In this document: positions 58,306-64,000 of the stretch, one piece after another
Layout of the letters: the number at the start of each line of letters is the position of its first letter
Position numbering within the stretch: position 1 is the stretch's first letter
Source of the DNA: Amphiscolops sp. MND2022
Lineage: Eukaryota
Assembly (NCBI GenBank): GCA_964187785.1
Contig: OZ076409.1
Location: 1,364,001-1,428,000 of the forward strand
Length of the DNA stretch: 64,000 nucleotides
Direction: 5' to 3'
Made by a program: the position numbers and the translations under genes
The notes under the pieces: model-generated
Databases searched by the model: none
What the model was told of the DNA's origin: nothing
What the model saw: the letters and a program-made list of their open reading frames with translations, nothing else

Positions 58306-60333
58306 GCAAAACTTTAACAAAATCGTGTTTCGTGGTCAGGAGAATCGGATGGCAGTGTTCAAAGCTCAAATTTGCATGTTTAATACGTCCGCCTACTCTT
58401 ATTATGCCAGTATTGTCAAAAAATGGAGAAAATTTTGCCAAATCCCCAACTTTGTTTGTCTTACCGAACGTTTGCTTTTCTTCATGAACTACCGGAAAGG
58501 TTTCTCGTTGAATTAGCTCGAAAACCCTTTCTTCCGCCCGTTTCAATTCACCGGGAAGTAAAACTTTGGGTTGACTTCCAAACTTCACACGTAGACAAAA
58601 TGCTATAACACGCACACATTTGGAAAAGCTACTAAATCTGCTCCAATCAACTATTGGCTCCTGAGTCATGCTTGTGTTGGCAATTACTGCAACTGCAGCA
58701 CTTTCGTCAGGCACAAAGTTAACTGGTTGCAGAGACAAAAGCCAATCGTCAGGGTGGTCTTTGAGCCAAATTGGTCCAGATAACCAATCGCTTTCGGTCA
58801 ATTTCTGTATAGTAATTCCACGTGTTCCAATATCTGATGGATTCAATTCACCTTTAACATGCTTCCAATCGTCAATTGTGAAATTTTCCAAGATCTCAGC
58901 TGCTCTGTTAGCTACAAAAACATTTTGTCTTTTGTCAGCTGAATGTAACCATTGAAGCACAATGACTGAATCAGTCCAATGAGTAACACTGTCAATCTGT
59001 AAGTCATGTTCTTGAGCAATCAAGGTTCTCAATCTTACTGAATACACAGCTGCTTGGAGCTCTAAACGAGGTATAGACAATTGTTTGATGGGAGCTATTC
59101 TACATTTGCCCAAAACAAAAGAGACTTCAACTCCATCGTTGACTTCTGCTCGAAAGTAAGCGACGATGCACATAGCTTCTAAAGATGCATCACTGAAGAT
59201 GTGCAGTTGATTATTTTTAGGACTATCGGGGAAATAATTCCGAGGAAGTGAGGTGTTTTTAATTGTTTGCATTTCTGTCACCCATTCCAGGAATACCTGT
59301 TTATCATCATCTGCAATTTTCTCATCCCATGATTGGCCAAAGCGAATCCAAATACTTTTCAAAAGTATTCTCATTCGCATAGTAAAAGGTGCAAAATTCC
59401 CATGGGATCAAAAACTGAGGAAACAAAAGATAGCACTACTCGTTGAGTGATATCTTGCGGACATTCTTTGCTAGGTCCTCGAAATATTTGTAAACAATCT
59501 TTATCGGTTATCCACTCCAGACCTAGAATTGGAGATGATTCTGCGTTCAATGTAAATTCGTTTGCTTCTAAACGATCTTCTACTGGGATTCTTTGCAAAA
59601 CTTCTGAACAGTTGCTGGCCCATTTCTTCAATGTGAAGCCACTGCGCTTCAGTGTTTCCATCAACTGCTGATAACATTCGATGGCCTCTTGTGTTGTATC
59701 AACACTTTTGACAAGGTCGTTCATATAGAAGTTTTTGTCTATTGTAGCGGCTGCTACAGGGGATTCGCTTTTGTTTTCTCTACCGCACTGCTGGAAACCA
59801 TAATTGGCACACGTTGGAGAACTCTTTGCTCCAAACACATGCCTGGTATATTCGAAAATTTCAATGTTATCATCTGGTTTATCTCGCCAGAGAAAACGTA
59901 AAACTCTACATTCTTCTTTCGGAACTGCTACTTGTAAAAACATTGACTCTATATCGGCAGTGATTGCTATCAGATGTTCTCTGAACCTGAAAACAATTCC
60001 CACTAAGTTGCGCAATAAATCAGGTCCGCTGAGAAGTTTGTCATTCAGCGAAACGCCTGTAAACTTCGAAGCTGCATTACAAACTCTTCGAACCTTGCCT
60101 GGCTTGTGTGGATGCTTGACAGGATGGTGAGGTAAATACCATTGCATGTCATTCTCTGTACTCACAACTTCTTCTTGTTCCAGTTTTCGTACAAAATGAT
60201 TTTCCAAGTCCTTCTCAATGGTAGCTTTGTAAGCTTCTTTCAACTCTGGATCCTTGCTTAATCTTCTCTCCATTGACAAAAACTGTTGGTAAGCAGAATA
60301 ATTGTTGTTCGGCAGAATAGGGTTGTCATCGGC
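58305..60333 (-). pseudogene. BEL/Pao pol: RT (YMND for YMDD), frameshift at ~59375-59400, RNase H, truncated at the start of integrase
   Basis: WYLPHHPV, SLNDKLLSGP, ADIESMFLQV, FGAKSSP; LHIFSDAS, IPRLEL, WTDS, FVANR, NPSDIGTRG, IRVGGRI, HPILL. Confidence 0.93.
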
Positions 60334-63300
60334 CTAGAGGAGTCCTACTTCAAATCGTTCACCGTTATGCTTGGTAGTTTTTTCCAAAATTGCTTGGGCT
60401 CTCAGTTCTTCCTTGGAACGTCCTGAGACATCACACACGGACGCGTATGTCTCCATGTCCCACCATTTTTTCATTTGATCCGCTAAAGGATCCGAAGATA
60501 CGGAAAAGTTACACGAAGCTGCCATACACTTCGTTTCTTTTTTGGGTAATGCCCCACTGACTGTCCATCCCAAGGAAGTTTTGACTGCCCAAGGCTCATC
60601 CCTACCACCTGACTTGTACTCAAGAGGTCTGATCAGGTGATACGCATCTTGACCGAGAATGACCTTGACATCAGCCATTGAGACCTTTATATCCGGCAAA
60701 TTGTTCAAATAAACATAGTTTTCTTTCATCTTCGTAAAGTCATAGATTTTGTCACCGACATTCAAGTTTGGATGACTGCAGAAGGCCAGTTCTTCCCCTG
60801 CAGTATCTGCTTCACTTGGACCAATTCTGGTGGTAACAAATTCAGTCTTCATTTCAGATAACCCATGAATTCCAGCTACCGACATCACAGATTCTTTACC
60901 TTTCAACTTCAACAGGTCGACCAAAGTTTTGTCCATGAAAGAAACTGTGGATCCAGTATCACAAAGAGCTATCGTTTCAACGCTTCGTTTGTCATTTCCA
61001 ATTGAAATTGGTATCAACTGTAGGAAACCACTGCTACCAGTTGAGAGCATTGAAGAACCGCCGGCTCTGTTTTGAGACGAGGGCTCCTCCGATTTCTTGT
61101 CCTTTTCAGTTTTGGAAGAATCTGAATGCAAAAGCTTGTTATGTTTCTTGGTGCATCCATTTACTCCACACACTCTGTCCGACTTGCAGTCTTTCGTCAA
61201 ATGCGAGTTTAAACAGCAGAAACAAAGTTTATACTTCTTCAATGTTTCGTATCTCTCATTAACTCCTTGTTGTTTGAACTTTGTACACATCCAAATTTTA
61301 TGGTCGCCATCCTTCAATGGACATTGTTTTGTTGGTGCAGATGTCGATTTGTTCTGCTCATTAGCAGCGAATGTTAAGTTTTCCACTTTTTCCGTGTTGC
61401 TGTAACTCTTTTTCTCTGGTTGAGACTTGAATTGTACTGTCATTTCATCGTGGACATAAGCAACTTCGTTCAGCCATTCGCTAAATCTGCAAAGATCAGC
61501 ATGGTAGTAGCCTTTGCTCTTCGCCAGGAAAAACCACTTGGTTTTCAATTCAGATGGTAACTTCCTCAACGCTGAATTCAAGACGGACTCGGAATACAAA
61601 TCTCCTGTGAAACCGAATTGTTTTAACACATTAACGCAGGTAGTAATCAACTGTGCGTACTTGATGATAGCCGCTGAGTCATGCGACTTGATGAGCGGAC
61701 TTAAATGGATTTGCTTCATCTGAGCATTCACAATCGTTTGTGGAGGTCCGAAATTAGTAACCAAAGCGTTCCACGCTGCACTGTACATGACTCCTGAGTA
61801 TCCGAGACCCGCAATAGCCGCCTTGGCTTTGCCTTTAACGAGTGTTTTCAAGTGACTCATTTTCGCATTGTCATCAATTGGCGCAATATGGATTGTAGCT
61901 GTGAACAAGCTGGACCATTCTGGCCATTCCAATGGGTCTCTATGAAAGTCAGATAATTTCAATTTAGGTAAGCTTGTTTGAACAAAATGTACAGGTTGCT
62001 GTACAGGTACTGCTGGTGTGAAGGAAGGATATTCGCTTTCTATTTTGAATGAAGGTTTCGCCAATTCATTTTAGGCTTTGGTTTCTCATTGCCTTGCTGG
62101 AGCAAGGTGTTTCTTTTCGGAAAAGTAATTCCAGTGTTTTTTTTGGGGGTGACTCGCCCGAACCTCGTCCTTGAGTTCTCGATAGTAGATTTTTGTGATC
62201 AAATGTTTGGAACTTCTGAGACGGTTCACTTGACTCACCTTTATTTCCTACTTCTCTGCTAGATTCCTTCGGTTGTGAGAAGCACTTGTCTAAGCCTTCA
62301 ACGCCTTGATCTAGCCAACTTTTGATATCGCTGTTTTTGTCCTCTTCAAGAGTAAGAGACATCAGGCTAGGACATATTGAAGAAGCTCGAAATGATCCTT
62401 CAGCCTCTTCTATTTGCAATCGCATTTGCTGCCTTCCAAAAGCTTTCTTGCGCTTCAATTCAGCAATTTCTGATTCTGCCTGCAACTCTTGGAGCTTCTT
62501 TTCCATTTCCATCTCCCTACGGGTCTTCTCTTGTTCCAACTCACGCTCACTTTTTTCTATTTCCATTTGTGATTTCTGATCCATCAGTTCAGCTTGTATC
62601 TCCAATCGTCTTCGTTCACTCATTTTCGAAACATTGGACCCTACTTTTGAACCGGCCTTTTTTGCTGGCTCACTCATAGCTAATGTTCGAGTAGGGGAGT
62701 AATCTGTCAACGATAGTCTTTTTTGGGAACCTGGAGTAGCCGATTGAGGTTGAAAAGATGGGTTATCGAAGCGGTCGTTAATTCTGAGGAACAGCGTTGA
62801 TTGATTTGCCTCTCTAAGCATTTTCAATCCTTTGTCAAGTGTTTCATTCGCTTTAGATTTTTCCAAGGCAGGAGAATGGTTCTCATCCAAGGCATGAGAA
62901 CGGTTCTCATCGTCTTTTGATAACTCCGAACTTTCAAACCCAGACACTTCAGGTGTTTCGATGTTTTCCAATGGATCGTTTGCCGCTGTATTGCAGCTAT
63001 CAATTTAATTCAGAGCGTCAGTCATTTCTTGTTGAATGATAGGGTTCATTTCTGTGACGACGTTTTCTGCGGTCGCAAGAATAGTCAAGAAATCGGATTT
63101 GAGAAGACTGCGCCTGGTTTCGAGACTTTTATCTAAAATGGCTTTGTTGTCTTGAAGTTTCTGAATAGCCATTTTCACTCTACTCGACCTTGCGCCTTGT
63201 TCAATTATATTGTCTATTGTAGTTTTTTCTGCAACAATTGCTCGTTTGGCGTCGTAAAACTGATCGCAGAGTTTAAAATACTTCATTAAATCACTTTCAT

Positions 63301-63736
63301 ACTTTAGGTGCGATAAATGCTTACTCACGCTCATGAGACTTCCGAAAGTTTTCTTCCAATTCTCAAAGCGTTTTTCGAGTTCGCTTTCTAATCTTTTCAG
63401 GATTTCCTTACGGTTGCCTTGGAACTTATCTTTCAGAAATGGAAGATGTTTTTCAAACTCCTTGCGCAGCTTGCTCTTTGAAGTTGTGTAAGTTACGAAG
63501 AACTTACCGACGTCTACCCAAACTGTTGGATCCTGAACTTGCAGACTTTGGAAATCCGAGTCTAAATTTCTGAGAATCAAAATAAGATCTGAGACACGTT
63601 TTTCGTGTTCTATCCATTCTTTCATTGTTGATGAATTTTTCAAGCAGTCAGTAAAATAGACTTTTCGTTCATCCCCACCTTTTGACGATGTCATATATGT
63701 GGGGTCCCAGAAATCGCTTTCATTGGATTTGGCCAT
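60334..63736 (-). pseudogene. BEL/Pao gag-protease, fragmented by frameshifts and stops
   Basis: LPKLKLSDF..DPLEW..F, KMSHLK..VKGKAK; CPLKDGDH..C, CFCCLNSH..C, CGVNGCTKKHNKLLH; ALCDTGS; TAG at 60334-60336 in VGLL*(W). Confidence 0.9.
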
Positions 63737-63775
63737 TTTGTACTTCAAGTGTTGATTGGATACAAAATAGTGCTT

Positions 63776-63793
63776 TCCCGGGTCGCGGCACCA
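63776..63793 (-). promoter_or_regulatory. Primer binding site (tRNA-His-like)
   Basis: Minus strand TGGTGCCGCGACCCGGGA resembles the complement of the tRNA-His 3-prime end. Confidence 0.75.
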
Positions 63794-64000
63794 AAATTTT
63801 ACGTCTGCAAGGTAAATTAACAAAAACACTTACCAAGTTTTACGACGGCCTGTTTGTCAACTGGAGGACAATTCTAAAACTACTTTGTCCAGGAAAGGCA
63901 CTTGCAAAATCCACTACACACAATAATTTCGAGATGTCCTTCCTCTTCAATCTCCGGACAATATTTATTGTAAAGTATCTTGCCTTTTAGGATATAGGTG

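Larger units (their letters stand above)
57977..64000 (-). mobile_element. Decayed BEL/Pao LTR retrotransposon with integrase deleted; extends past the window end
   Basis: PBS, DUF1759-type gag, triple Zn knuckle, DTG protease, Pao-type RT and RNase H; 69-bp direct repeat 57977-58045 / 63932-64000. Confidence 0.92.

Noticed and set aside
48051..63990. Short antisense or overlapping ORFs within the Gypsy and BEL elements
   Set aside because: Shadow frames of the retrotransposon coding strands

Overview
AT-rich eukaryotic (probably invertebrate animal) repeat-dense DNA; I could not identify any host gene. The centrepiece is a complete ~15.1 kb Polinton/Maverick (adintovirus-like) endogenous DNA virus at 9704-24783. 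It has an AGTAGT terminus and 167-bp identical TIRs. It encodes an adenain-like protease, penton, double-jelly-roll MCP, RVE integrase, protein-primed PolB (one nonsense codon), TWO FtsK/A32-type ATPases, a 2-TM membrane protein and core-like proteins. Its unexplained features are: a 57-bp flanking duplication instead of a 6-bp TSD; ATAAATG at the start of all 12 genes (the poxvirus-type late initiator is TAAATG); at least 26 copies of a GCG-N1-2-AGCT-N1-2-CGC double mini-hairpin motif, many written in-frame into proteins; and a candidate TATA/A-box/B-box Pol III structured RNA (VA-RNA-like) near the right end. The window also holds an intact Mag-like Ty3/Gypsy element with identical LTRs (47650-52894), a decayed relative (1-1630), and a decayed BEL/Pao element carrying an SGNH-hydrolase-like ORF that overlaps its terminal repeat (57977-64000). 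Smaller repeats include about 11 HINE/Helentron-like copies, hAT-, MULE- and Tc1/pogo-type MITEs, tRNA-derived SINE-like heads and short foldbacks. All counts and alignments were done by eye.
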